The notes under the pieces were generated by a model that was given only the letters and a program-made list of their open reading frames with translations, ran no database searches and was not told the DNA's origin. Both the position numbers and the translations under genes were made by a program. This document shows, piece by piece, positions 26,738-35,886 of a stretch of 64,000 nt of DNA. Origin of the DNA: Phycisphaerae bacterium (GTDB lineage Bacteria > Planctomycetota > Phycisphaerae > UBA1845); assembly GCA_963666835.2 (NCBI GenBank), contig CAXXGO010000001.1:928001-992000 (forward strand), given 5' to 3'. The first letter of the stretch is position 1. The number at the start of each line of letters is the position of its first letter.

Positions 26738-28533
26738 ATTTTGGTCCTTACTTTGGAGGAGGGGCTGCCAGCGTGGGATCGTGGGTTTACCGCAAGATGT
26801 CCCTCCACCAATCCGTTGAAAAACGAACGCGCATTCACACCAAGCGTTCGAGTACGGTATCCGCCTTCCTGCACGACGAGCGTCGGCAGATGCAATTGCC
26901 CGATCAACCGACCGTTCTCCTGGAAATCACGCACTCCTAGCGCCCATGTTCCAGTTGGATCACCTTTGGCAGTATCGAGCCCCAATGTCACCACAAGAAA
27001 CCGCGGGGCGAATCGGCGGATTTTGGAAAGCGCCTTACTCAGCGTGGCTCTGAACCGCTCTCCAGCAACGGCTTCCGGCAGTGGGAGATTCACATTTAGT
27101 CCTTCGGCGCTTCCCTTGCCTCGATCGTCCTCGAATCCGCTGAAGTACGGATACGCAAAGCTCGGATGGCCGTGGAGGGAGATTGTGAGCACATCGCAAC
27201 GGTCGTAGAAAATGTCCTCCTGGCCGTTGCCGTGATGGTAGTCGATGTCGAGAATCGCAACGTTCCCGTGCTGAGTCAAGAAGTGAGCCGCAATCGCGGC
27301 ATTGTTGAAATAGCAAAAACCTCCGAACGAGCGACGTTCAGCGTGGTGGCCCGGCGGGCGCACGAGGGCATACGCAAGTCGTTCTCCCTTGAGCAGCTCT
27401 TCCGCCGCCGTAAGAGTGCAGTCGACTGCTCGCTTTGCAGCGGGGAACACGTTCTGGTTAAGTGGCGTGAACGTGTCGATGCAATAATAGCCCGCGCGTA
27501 CGGAGAGCTCCTTTGGCGGCCGAGCCTGATTGCGGATCGGAAACACATACGGGTATACGGACTTTCCCGAGGGAACCGACTGGCAGGCCCGTTTAAGATA
27601 GTCGACGAATGCGTTGTCATGAACAGCACGAATATGGCGTTCTGCAAACTCTCGCGGTACAACCGTGCGAAACAGTCCCGTCTTGTTGAGTTCACCTTGG
27701 ATCGCGGCGATACGAACCGGCGCCTCCACGTAGCCGCGATCCCGGATGTGGTGAATATCATGCCTGTCGTTTACGACGAGAGCAATACAGGCCCTTATTG
27801 TGATTGACCGTGTGCCGGCTTCTTTGTGGCCTTCATCGGGTCTGTGGTATCGGAACTCTCTGAGACGGACAGGGTCCTCCCGAAGCGAGTCGACTACGCG
27901 CGCGATGTAATCCGGTGGACATACTTCCCCGTACTTGCGCTCCAGTATAGCGCGAACCACCTGACGGGCCTTGCCTCTCGCCAGATGGTGCCCCCTATCC
28001 AGGCCGTCGTACATCAGGTACGGCATATCGAGCTGCCCGGGCTTGATTGGCGCGTGATACTGGTTTCCGGTCAATGGGCGTACGCCGAAACGCTCGTAAA
28101 ACCGGAGTCTTGCGATATTCTGTTTAAGGAGGGACTGATCCTCTACGCTCTCCGGATCATCCGGAAGACACTCGAAAAAGAGGCCAATGGTATCGCTGGC
28201 CGCCGCCTCCTCGCGCACGCGAGTGTACAGCGCTCCCCCGACGCCACCACCGGTGCCGCGCAGGCTCGCGGCGATGTAATCGAGATACCAGAAACGAATT
28301 TCCGGCTCGTGCAACACCAAGGCGAATCCGCGCACGTTGCCGTTCACATCGTCGGCGACGTAGAGAAACGAGCGGAATTTGTGCTTTAAGGGATTCCGCA
28401 GCTTCTCCGGCAAAGACTCAATCTCGTCGGCATCGATGTCGGGGAACTGGTCCCGCAACATTTGCTGGACCTGCGCGATCTCACGTGCATCAATGGGAAG
28501 CAGATCATCGAATACCCGGCGAATCCTAAGCAT
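26734..28533 (-). CDS. Fusion of an N-terminal GNAT-like domain and a histone-deacetylase-family (acetylpolyamine amidohydrolase-like) domain
   Basis: N-terminal YLDYIAAS...GGGVGGALY...RLRFYERFG; C-terminal RPPGHHA, GGFCYFNN, DIDYHHGNG, GLDTAKGDP, QEGGY. Confidence 0.9.
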   Translation of the reverse strand: MLRIRRVFDDLLPIDAREIAQVQQMLRDQFPDIDADEIESLPEKLRNPLKHKFRSFLYVADDVNGNVRGFALVLHEPEIRFWYLDYIAASLRGTGGGVGGALYTRVREEAAASDTIGLFFECLPDDPESVEDQSLLKQNIARLRFYERFGVRPLTGNQYHAPIKPGQLDMPYLMYDGLDRGHHLARGKARQVVRAILERKYGEVCPPDYIARVVDSLREDPVRLREFRYHRPDEGHKEAGTRSITIRACIALVVNDRHDIHHIRDRGYVEAPVRIAAIQGELNKTGLFRTVVPREFAERHIRAVHDNAFVDYLKRACQSVPSGKSVYPYVFPIRNQARPPKELSVRAGYYCIDTFTPLNQNVFPAAKRAVDCTLTAAEELLKGERLAYALVRPPGHHAERRSFGGFCYFNNAAIAAHFLTQHGNVAILDIDYHHGNGQEDIFYDRCDVLTISLHGHPSFAYPYFSGFEDDRGKGSAEGLNVNLPLPEAVAGERFRATLSKALSKIRRFAPRFLVVTLGLDTAKGDPTGTWALGVRDFQENGRLIGQLHLPTLVVQEGGYRTRTLGVNARSFFNGLVEGHLAVNPRSHAGSPSSKVRTKM

Positions 28534-29539
28534 GAAACGCCACTTCCCTTCGTGTACACGGTGTGAACACCACCGAGATGACGCGCTGAATCACCTCGTC
28601 GACCGCCAGGCCGCGACGTTGAGCGGCGGCCATGAACCCCGCGTCCATCGAGAGACACGGATTCACGTTAACTTCCAGGACCCACGGCTGCCCAGACCGG
28701 TCGACGCGAAAATCCACCCTCGCGTACCCCTGTAACCCGAAGTGATGCCAGCACTTCGCCGCCAGCGTTCGCAGTCTCTCAAGGAGATCGTCGTCGGAAT
28801 CGGCAAGGTCGAACCGCCGCCGCGTCGCGCCGTACTCAAAGGAGCCTTCACGCCACTTCGCGGCGTAACCGACGATGCACGGCTTATCCGCAGGAAAATC
28901 AATGAACTCAATCTCGGCCACGGGAAGCACTTCGACATCGTGGCCGTCTGCAAGAAGTGACAGATTGAACTCGCGTCCCTCGATAAACTGTTCTGCGAAC
29001 GACTCTCCGGAGCGTGATGAAGCCCGTTGGAGTACTGCATCGAGTTCACCGTCCCGCTCGATTCGCGTAACTGCGCTGTCCTCAATTCCGACGGACGCGT
29101 CCTCCCACACGGGCTTGACGATGCAGATACACGGAGGTGTGATGTCCAGAAGCGGGGGCACCTGCAGACAACGCCAAGCGGGCGTGGGAATCCCGCACTG
29201 ATGCAGCCACGCCTTCGCCAGCGGTTTGTTCGTCGTCACCAGGCACGCCGTGCCCCCGCTGCCCGTGAACGGAATCCGCCACGCCTCGAGCATCGCCGGA
29301 ACGACATGGATCAGTCGACCATGTCCCTCCAACGATTCGACAAGGTTAAACACGAGGTCGGGTGTCGATCGCCGGAGCTTGCTGGATAGCTCCGCAAGAT
29401 CAAGACCCACCTCTGCCGTGCTGACCCGGTGACCCAACTCGCCCAGCACATCCCCAACAAGCTCTGCCTGATGAAGTGCGTCAACTTCGTCGGGCCTGCT
29501 GCTTTCATTCACGGCGTCGTGTAAGATGACGATTCTCAC
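28526..29539 (-). CDS. D-Ala-D-Ala ligase-like ATP-grasp protein (2)
   Basis: GTG at 29539 overlaps the upstream TGA. Motifs DLVFNLVESL, PFTGS, VKPVWEDASVGI, EQFIEGREF, GYARVDFR, LEVNVNP. Confidence 0.88.
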   Translation of the reverse strand: MRIVILHDAVNESSRPDEVDALHQAELVGDVLGELGHRVSTAEVGLDLAELSSKLRRSTPDLVFNLVESLEGHGRLIHVVPAMLEAWRIPFTGSGGTACLVTTNKPLAKAWLHQCGIPTPAWRCLQVPPLLDITPPCICIVKPVWEDASVGIEDSAVTRIERDGELDAVLQRASSRSGESFAEQFIEGREFNLSLLADGHDVEVLPVAEIEFIDFPADKPCIVGYAAKWREGSFEYGATRRRFDLADSDDDLLERLRTLAAKCWHHFGLQGYARVDFRVDRSGQPWVLEVNVNPCLSMDAGFMAAAQRRGLAVDEVIQRVISVVFTPCTRREVAFHA

Positions 29540-30561
29540 GTTGATGACACCGGTGTAGACAACGCGTGAACGTCGCCGCAAGGCTTGTCTACCACTCGCT
29601 GCAGCGCGGAATCCACGATGCGACCAATCAGCTCGACGTAGGTCATGCCGACGGCCGTGCACAGCATGGGCAAATCTGAATGCGTGGGGTGCAACCCCGG
29701 CAACGGATTGATTTCGAGAACGAAGAGTCTTCCCTGTTCGTCGGCGCGCAGATCAACCCGACCGCCGTCGCGGCAGCCCAAAGCGCGCCACGCCGCAAGC
29801 GCCAGGGGTTCCGCATCTGTACTTACGGAGCGTGGGGCGAGAGCATATCGGCATAGACTTTCACACTGTTCCTTGTTGACATATGTGCAAGAGTGCTGCT
29901 GCGCCCCTTCGAGCAGCCCGACTTCCAGTGTTCCGATGGCAGAAGCTTCGTTTCCGGTGCCCGTAATTCCGACCGTGAATTCTCCGCCGGGAAGGAATGG
30001 TTCGACCAACGCCGGTTGCTCGAACTCCGCCAGGACGCGTTCGCATGCGCGCCGAAGCTCGGTCTGACTCGTGACCCGGGAAGAGCTGTCAATTCCTTTC
30101 GACGTTCCTTCCGCCACGGGCTTGACAAAGAGCGGAAAAGGCAAATCAATGCTGCCGATGTCGTCCATCTCGCGGACTTCACAGAAGAGAGTCGTGCGGA
30201 TCCCGCAGTCCCGCAGAATTCGCTTGGTCAGCGCCTTGTGTAGCGTCAGCGATGACACCAGCGGGTCGGAAAAGGTATAGGGGATCTGAAACGTCTCCAA
30301 GATCCCCGGCACCTGCGCCTCACGTCCAAACCCGCGCAGCCCCTCGGCGATATTGAAGACGAGGTCCCAGCGCTCGCCTAACGCCAGACGGCTTACGAGC
30401 TCTCGGGCGTGACCGACGCGTTCCGTTTCGTACCCGAGGTCCCCCAGTGCGGTTTCCAGCTCATCGATGGTTTCACCGCGGTCGAATTCGGCAGTTTCTT
30501 CGTCGCCGTATCCTTCGGCTAAGTAGGTTTCACGTAGATCGTACGTCATTCCGATTGTCAT
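29536..30561 (-). CDS. D-Ala-D-Ala ligase-like ATP-grasp protein (1)
   Basis: DLVFNIAEG, PYTFSD, FVKPVAEGTSKGI, EPFLPGGEFTV, GRVDLR, LEINPLPGL. Confidence 0.9.
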   Translation of the reverse strand: MTIGMTYDLRETYLAEGYGDEETAEFDRGETIDELETALGDLGYETERVGHARELVSRLALGERWDLVFNIAEGLRGFGREAQVPGILETFQIPYTFSDPLVSSLTLHKALTKRILRDCGIRTTLFCEVREMDDIGSIDLPFPLFVKPVAEGTSKGIDSSSRVTSQTELRRACERVLAEFEQPALVEPFLPGGEFTVGITGTGNEASAIGTLEVGLLEGAQQHSCTYVNKEQCESLCRYALAPRSVSTDAEPLALAAWRALGCRDGGRVDLRADEQGRLFVLEINPLPGLHPTHSDLPMLCTAVGMTYVELIGRIVDSALQRVVDKPCGDVHALSTPVSST

Positions 30562-30613
30562 AATGCATCATTCCAAGGTGTTTCTAGAGTCGCCAAGCTG
30601 CTCGCCCTGTAGC

Positions 30614-31909
30614 CTACTGACTCGGGTCGAAGTATCTAAACTCCTTCCCTTCGTAGTTTCTGAGCACCGCATAATCACCGTCGCGCTGGATGAGGGCCTC
30701 GCAGGAAAGGGGGATCTTACCCCCGCCGCCCGGGGCATCCACCACGAAGGTGGGAACTGCATAGCCGGTTATGAAACCACGGAGCCCGGCGATGATCTGT
30801 AAGCCCTTCTCGATTGGTGTCCGCAGGTGCGCGGAGCCGGAAATGGGATCGCATTGGTAGATGTAATAAGGCCTGACGCGAATCCGAAGCAAGCCAAGCA
30901 CCAGACGTCTCATCGTCTCTACATCGTCGTTGACGCCGCGTATTAGCACGATCTGCGCCCCAATTGGTATACCAGCGTCTGCCAGCCGCCCGCAGCCCTC
31001 GGCTACCTCTGGTGTGAGCTCAGCTGGGTGCATGAAGTGGATGCTCATCCACAGTGGATGATAACGCCGCAACATCTTGCAGAGTGCGGGCGTGATCCGC
31101 TGAGGGAGTACGGCTGGGATCTTCGACCCAACACGCAGGAACTCTACATGTGGGATCGCATGCAGCCGCGAGAGAATCCACTCGATACGGTCGTCGCTCA
31201 TCGTGAGCGGATCACCGCCGGAGAGAAGCACGTCACGGATCTCAGCGTGCGCTTTGATATAGGCAATTGCCTTCTCGTATTGCTTCGGGTTGAAATGGTG
31301 TTCGCCGGTCTGCCCGACCATTCTCGCTCGCGTACAATAGCGACAATAGGTAGCGCAGAAATTGGTTACCAAGAAGAGCACCCGGTCCGGGTAGCGATGA
31401 ACCAGACCCGGCACCGGCATGAAAGCATCTTCGGCAAGGGGGTCGTCGGCTTCGCCGGGGCCGATGTGGAATTCACCGGGAAGCGGGATCATCGTCCTTC
31501 GAATGGGATCGTTGGGATCATCGCGGCCCATGAGCGATGCGTAGTAAGGGGTGATCCCGACGGGCAGGTACCCTCCGAGCGCCTGAACCGCCCTACGTTC
31601 TTCATCCGAGAGCGCAAAGATCCTCTCCAACCCGGTCAGGTCACGTACCCGCTTCCGCAATTGCCAGCGCCAATTGTTCCACTCGTCGAACGTGATTTCG
31701 CGGAAGAACTCTTCGCGGAACCGGGTGGTGACGCTTCGGTCCGACGTGGAGCGCGTTTGCCTCCCGCGCTGTGCCACAGCGCGCACTGAGGGCGCCTTTC
31801 CGTTTCGTTCTGGCTTGAGCGATAGCGGGTTTTCGAGAACCGTCAGAAAGACATCGTTGCGGCGACAGCCGCCAGGCTCCCGATCGGAGCCGCCGGATTG
31901 TGCGTCCAT
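30614..31909 (-). CDS. kamA: KamA-family radical SAM enzyme (lysine 2,3-aminomutase type)
   Basis: ATG at 31909 follows AAGGAAG. Motifs GLVHRYPDR, CATYCRYC, SGGDPL, YIYQCD, VVDAPGGGGK (PLP lysine). Confidence 0.92.
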   Translation of the reverse strand: MDAQSGGSDREPGGCRRNDVFLTVLENPLSLKPERNGKAPSVRAVAQRGRQTRSTSDRSVTTRFREEFFREITFDEWNNWRWQLRKRVRDLTGLERIFALSDEERRAVQALGGYLPVGITPYYASLMGRDDPNDPIRRTMIPLPGEFHIGPGEADDPLAEDAFMPVPGLVHRYPDRVLFLVTNFCATYCRYCTRARMVGQTGEHHFNPKQYEKAIAYIKAHAEIRDVLLSGGDPLTMSDDRIEWILSRLHAIPHVEFLRVGSKIPAVLPQRITPALCKMLRRYHPLWMSIHFMHPAELTPEVAEGCGRLADAGIPIGAQIVLIRGVNDDVETMRRLVLGLLRIRVRPYYIYQCDPISGSAHLRTPIEKGLQIIAGLRGFITGYAVPTFVVDAPGGGGKIPLSCEALIQRDGDYAVLRNYEGKEFRYFDPSQ

Positions 31910-32010
31910 CTTCCTTCGGAGGACCTCACGTGGGCGCCGCCGGTTCGCCCCGTCCGACTTACACACGGACGATACTCTGGCCGATTGTGCTAGCGCACCA
32001 AACCGCGGGA

Positions 32011-32038
32011 ATTAAATTACGTTGCCGCAAAATGTCAA
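32011..32038 (-). promoter_or_regulatory. Putative sigma70 promoter of the kamA operon
   Basis: Minus strand reads TTGACA (32038-32033), 16-bp spacer, TTTAAT (32016-32011), in an AT-rich patch. Confidence 0.45.
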
Positions 32039-32282
32039 CCACGAATCCGTCATTTCCGGAGAATTTTTCGCAGGGTGTCGCCGGGCGGTCCATCGAGCTG
32101 CCACAGTCGACCGGGTTGCGCCCTTCAGGGCGGACGCGAGGACGGTTTTGCGGTAGCCGGCGAGCGGCGTTGCTACTTCGGCAGCCGCGCATCGCCTGAT
32201 AAACTGGCGCTCAGATTGGCGTTGGCGTGCAAGCGATCAGCGGGTGGGCTGGTGGGCCGGACGTTGACCACTCGACCTCGAT

Positions 32283-33725
32283 GTGCGAGGTCAGCAGTGG
32301 AGTAATGGTGGGAGGCACGGGATCTCAGAGATTTCAACCAACACTGTGCAGGCTTGCGGCTTGAGGCAAGACCTGTGCGCCAGCACGGCGGACGGAGCGG
32401 CCTTCAGCGTCATGGTCGGCGTCGGTGAGACCTACTTGCCCGCGTTCGTCCTGGCAGTCGGTCTCGGTGAGGTCCTGGCTGGCTTGGCTGCGACCGTCCC
32501 GATGCTCGCCGGCGCTGCGGTGCAGTTGCTCTCGCCTCGTCTAATCCGGTACGCCGGCTCGCACCGGCGCTGGGTAATCCTCTGCGCGATGATGCAGGCA
32601 GCGAGCTTTCTGCCGCTTATACTCGCGGCGGTCACAGGGGGTATCTCATGGTTGGCGGTCCTTCTCATCACCACCATGTATTGGGCGGCTGGGATGGCTA
32701 CCAGCCCGGCTTGGAACGCCTGGATGGCCCGCGCTGTTCCCCGCTCGTTGCGAGCTCGGTTCTTCGCCAGGCGTACGAGGATTGCTCAAACCGCCGTCCT
32801 GATCGGCCTTGTGCTCGGAGGTATCATCTTGCATTTAGCCGCTGCGCGGGGCATCCTGGTCTGGGGCTTTGCGATTCTATTTGCTACGGCCTGCTGCTCT
32901 CGACTCGTGTCCGCCTTCTTCCTGGCGCGCCAACGAGAGCCACACTCGTCAGCTCCGCTCGATCAGAGGGTGTCGCTCGCGGCCTTCACGGGCAGGCTGG
33001 GGCACCCCGAGGGCCGTCTGCTCGCCTACATGTTCGCTGCGCAGACCACCACATATCTCGCTGCCCCCTACTTCAGCCCATTCATGCTCGGTGAGCTCAG
33101 GCTGCAGTATCCAACGTACATGATGCTGTTGGGCGCGGCCTTCCTCGCGAAGGCGATGGCGCTTCCCCGGATGGGCCGATGGGCGCACCGCGTCGGCCCG
33201 AAGTCGCTTCTGTGGATTGGGGGAGTCGGGATCGTTCCCCTTCCCGCACTTTGGCTCCTCTCGTCGGCGACTGCCTACCTGCTCGTTCTGCAGATAATCG
33301 GGGGCGTAGCGTGGGCGTGCTACGAGTTGGCGACGTTTCTTCTGCTATTCGAGACGATTCGAGATGAAGAGCGGATAAGCATCCTGACCTCCTTCAATCT
33401 ACTCAACGCGGTGGCGATCGCAGCGGGCTCGGTCACGGGTGGTCTCCTTCTGCGACTGGCAGGTGTGGGGCCGGGTGCGTATCTGCTCCTGTTCCTGGTT
33501 TCTTCCGCGGGGCGCCTGTTAACGCTCCCGCTATTGCGCAGCGTAGCTGAAGCGCCACCAATCCCGTTCCGCATTGGATTCCGGCCGCTCGCGGTCCGCC
33601 CCTCTGCGGGGTCCTTAGACCGTCCGATTCTTGCCACCTTGGAGGGACCCTCCAATGGGAACGACGCGGAGGCCATCGAGGATCGTGAGGAGAACGGCAC
33701 GCAGTTAAAGAAGTTGAGTCTGTGA
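32283..33725 (+). CDS. MFS transporter, divergent from the kamA operon
   Basis: About 12 hydrophobic segments; DGAAFSVMVGVGETY, AWNAWMARAVPRSLRARFF, GRWAHRVGPK. Start uncertain. Confidence 0.85.
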   Translation: MRGQQWSNGGRHGISEISTNTVQACGLRQDLCASTADGAAFSVMVGVGETYLPAFVLAVGLGEVLAGLAATVPMLAGAAVQLLSPRLIRYAGSHRRWVILCAMMQAASFLPLILAAVTGGISWLAVLLITTMYWAAGMATSPAWNAWMARAVPRSLRARFFARRTRIAQTAVLIGLVLGGIILHLAAARGILVWGFAILFATACCSRLVSAFFLARQREPHSSAPLDQRVSLAAFTGRLGHPEGRLLAYMFAAQTTTYLAAPYFSPFMLGELRLQYPTYMMLLGAAFLAKAMALPRMGRWAHRVGPKSLLWIGGVGIVPLPALWLLSSATAYLLVLQIIGGVAWACYELATFLLLFETIRDEERISILTSFNLLNAVAIAAGSVTGGLLLRLAGVGPGAYLLLFLVSSAGRLLTLPLLRSVAEAPPIPFRIGFRPLAVRPSAGSLDRPILATLEGPSNGNDAEAIEDREENGTQLKKLSL

Positions 33726-33813
33726 CCGCACCGCCATTACGAAGCTGCCTTGAGCTGGTATTCGCCCGCCGCCGCTCCACACAGTTCTTTGTGCGGGTTG
33801 CGCGATAGGTTCA

Positions 33814-35136
33814 TCAAACGGGTGACGTCGGCTGGCGAGAGCACGACCCTGCGGAGGGCTCATCGGGCTTGGCTGCTCGGGCCAGCGCTGTCGCCACAAC
33901 CCAGGCGCTCGCCCAAGCCCACTGGAAGTTGAATCCACCTATTCGTCCGTCCACATCCAGGAGCTCTCCGGCGAAGTAAAGGCCGGGGCGTTTCCGCGAG
34001 CCGAACGTGCGAGTTTGGACTTCGGCCAGAGGAACGCCACCCGCCGTTGTCTCGGCACGAGCGTAACCGAGGCTGTCCCGCACGGGCAGGGGCCAGCGGG
34101 CCAGCGCGCCTGCTACCTTGCGTCGCAGCTCCTTCGGAAGGTGGGCCATGACGGTCGTACGAGGGGTCCCCAACGCACTCAGGACGGCATCAGCCAGACG
34201 CGCAGGGACCAGGCGCGCGAGGGCGTTGTTGAGCTGGACTCGGGGATGGGTTGAGGCAAGGGCCAGTAGTCGATTCTCAACGCCGGTGGCGGCTTCGCCC
34301 GGCACGAAACTCGCGAATACCGAAACGTCGCACTGCTCGAGCTGTGCTCTATGCCAGTGTCGCGACACATCCAGGACAACCGGTCCGCTCACGCCGAAGT
34401 GCGTCCACAAGAGCTCCCCGCAAGCACGAACGGGTTTCCGGCCGGCTGTTTGCACGGTAAGCTCGACGTTGTGCGAGATCCCCGATAGCGGGATATGAAA
34501 CGCGCCCTCGAGAACCAACGGCACGAGGGCAGGTGTCGGCGGGACCAGAGTGTGACCGAGTCTCTCTGCCAATCGGTAGCCCGAGCCGTCGCTGCCGGTC
34601 TTTGGGAACGATCGGCCTCCTGTCGCCAGCACAACCCTGTCTGCGGACAGACTGTTGGCGCCTGCCGTGACTTGGAACCTTCGCTCTGCACCACCTTCCA
34701 GAATGTCTGTAACCCGCTGTCCGAGTAGAATGTGCACCCGTCGGCGGGTGGCTTCCGCCACCATCGCATCAAGCACGGTCTGCGCCCGATTGGTCGTGGG
34801 AAAGAGCTTACCGTTGTCTTCGTCACTCAGTTCGACGCCGATCTCTCGGAAGAAGGCCACCGTGCGGCTGACCGGAAAGGCGGCCAGAACCTGCTTGATA
34901 ACGTTCGGGTTTCCACCGGAGTAATCGGCCGCCGTCACAGTACGGTTTGTGACGTTACACCGCCCGCCGCCCGACAGGAGCATCTTCGCTCCGAGCTTGG
35001 CGGCGCCGTCCAGCACGACCACGGATCGCCCCGGCATGAGCCTTGCGGCGAAGATGGCCGTTGCCAGACCGGCTGCCCCACCTCCAACGATCGCAATATC
35101 AGCGGTGTTCGTGTTCTTGCCCCCTGTACGCAACAT
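33814..35136 (-). CDS. HI0933/YhiN-family NAD(P)/FAD-dependent oxidoreductase
   Basis: IVGGGAAG, KMLLSGGGRCNVTN, ATGGRSFPKTGSDGSGY, THFGVSGP, GELLDVDGRIGGFNFQWA. Confidence 0.93.
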   Translation of the reverse strand: MLRTGGKNTNTADIAIVGGGAAGLATAIFAARLMPGRSVVVLDGAAKLGAKMLLSGGGRCNVTNRTVTAADYSGGNPNVIKQVLAAFPVSRTVAFFREIGVELSDEDNGKLFPTTNRAQTVLDAMVAEATRRRVHILLGQRVTDILEGGAERRFQVTAGANSLSADRVVLATGGRSFPKTGSDGSGYRLAERLGHTLVPPTPALVPLVLEGAFHIPLSGISHNVELTVQTAGRKPVRACGELLWTHFGVSGPVVLDVSRHWHRAQLEQCDVSVFASFVPGEAATGVENRLLALASTHPRVQLNNALARLVPARLADAVLSALGTPRTTVMAHLPKELRRKVAGALARWPLPVRDSLGYARAETTAGGVPLAEVQTRTFGSRKRPGLYFAGELLDVDGRIGGFNFQWAWASAWVVATALARAAKPDEPSAGSCSRQPTSPV

Positions 35137-35886
35137 GGCCGCACGCGCCTTCAGCTTCAGATCCGCCCGGAAAGCCCGCGCGAGACCTGGAGCACAAGTC
35201 TCCCGTTATCCCGGCACGCCCCAACGGTACGGCGCCCGGTCTCGGCTATAATACTCCGACGATGGTCACCGACGCCCAAAACAGCGAGAACCTCGACGAC
35301 CGGCCGGCTGGGCCAAGGCGGCAGAGCCGTTATGCCGGAACACATCCCCGGCGGTTCGGCCAACGTTAGAAAGAACTCAACCCAGGATTATACTCGGAGA
35401 TGCGGAAGCATGTACGAGCCCAGGGTCGCACACCTGAGGGAACTCATGGTCCCGTCTTGGTGGAGCAGGTCTTGGCCGCGTTGCGCTCGGATGAGGGCGG
35501 CCCCCCCCTCCCCCAAAACCGATCCGTCCCTTCTGGCGAGAGGGTTGCTTGATGATGCATGAGTCCGGCCTCCATTAAGCTGAGCGGGTATCGAGACAGA
35601 TCAGGCAACCCTTGAAAGGAAATCCCAACTATCGGGGCGGACGCATGCTCTGATGATTACTCGGTTCTCGACACCGCAAGCAAGCCTTGGATGACGTTTT
35701 CGGGAGGGACAAGGTGTGGAGCGACATAGAACCAGCGGAACATGGTCTCTGAGTCCTGAAGAAGAACCGGTGCAGACACGGCCCGGAGGTCGCAAACCAA
35801 CCGCATCGGGAACCTGTCACGCCGCTTTCGACGTCAATCGTCACTCTGTTTCGCTCCGCAGGCCCGCCATGTCATTTCGCAGGAGC

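Noticed and set aside
28526..30561. Housekeeping ddl cell-wall ligases
   Set aside because: They lack the GGxSxE N-terminus and LHG motif of canonical Ddl and are not in a mur/dcw context.
30614..31909. EpmB (EF-P beta-lysylation) or lysine-fermentation role for KamA
   Set aside because: No efp, epmA or kamDE nearby. The GGGGK PLP motif and the ligase context point to a different pathway.
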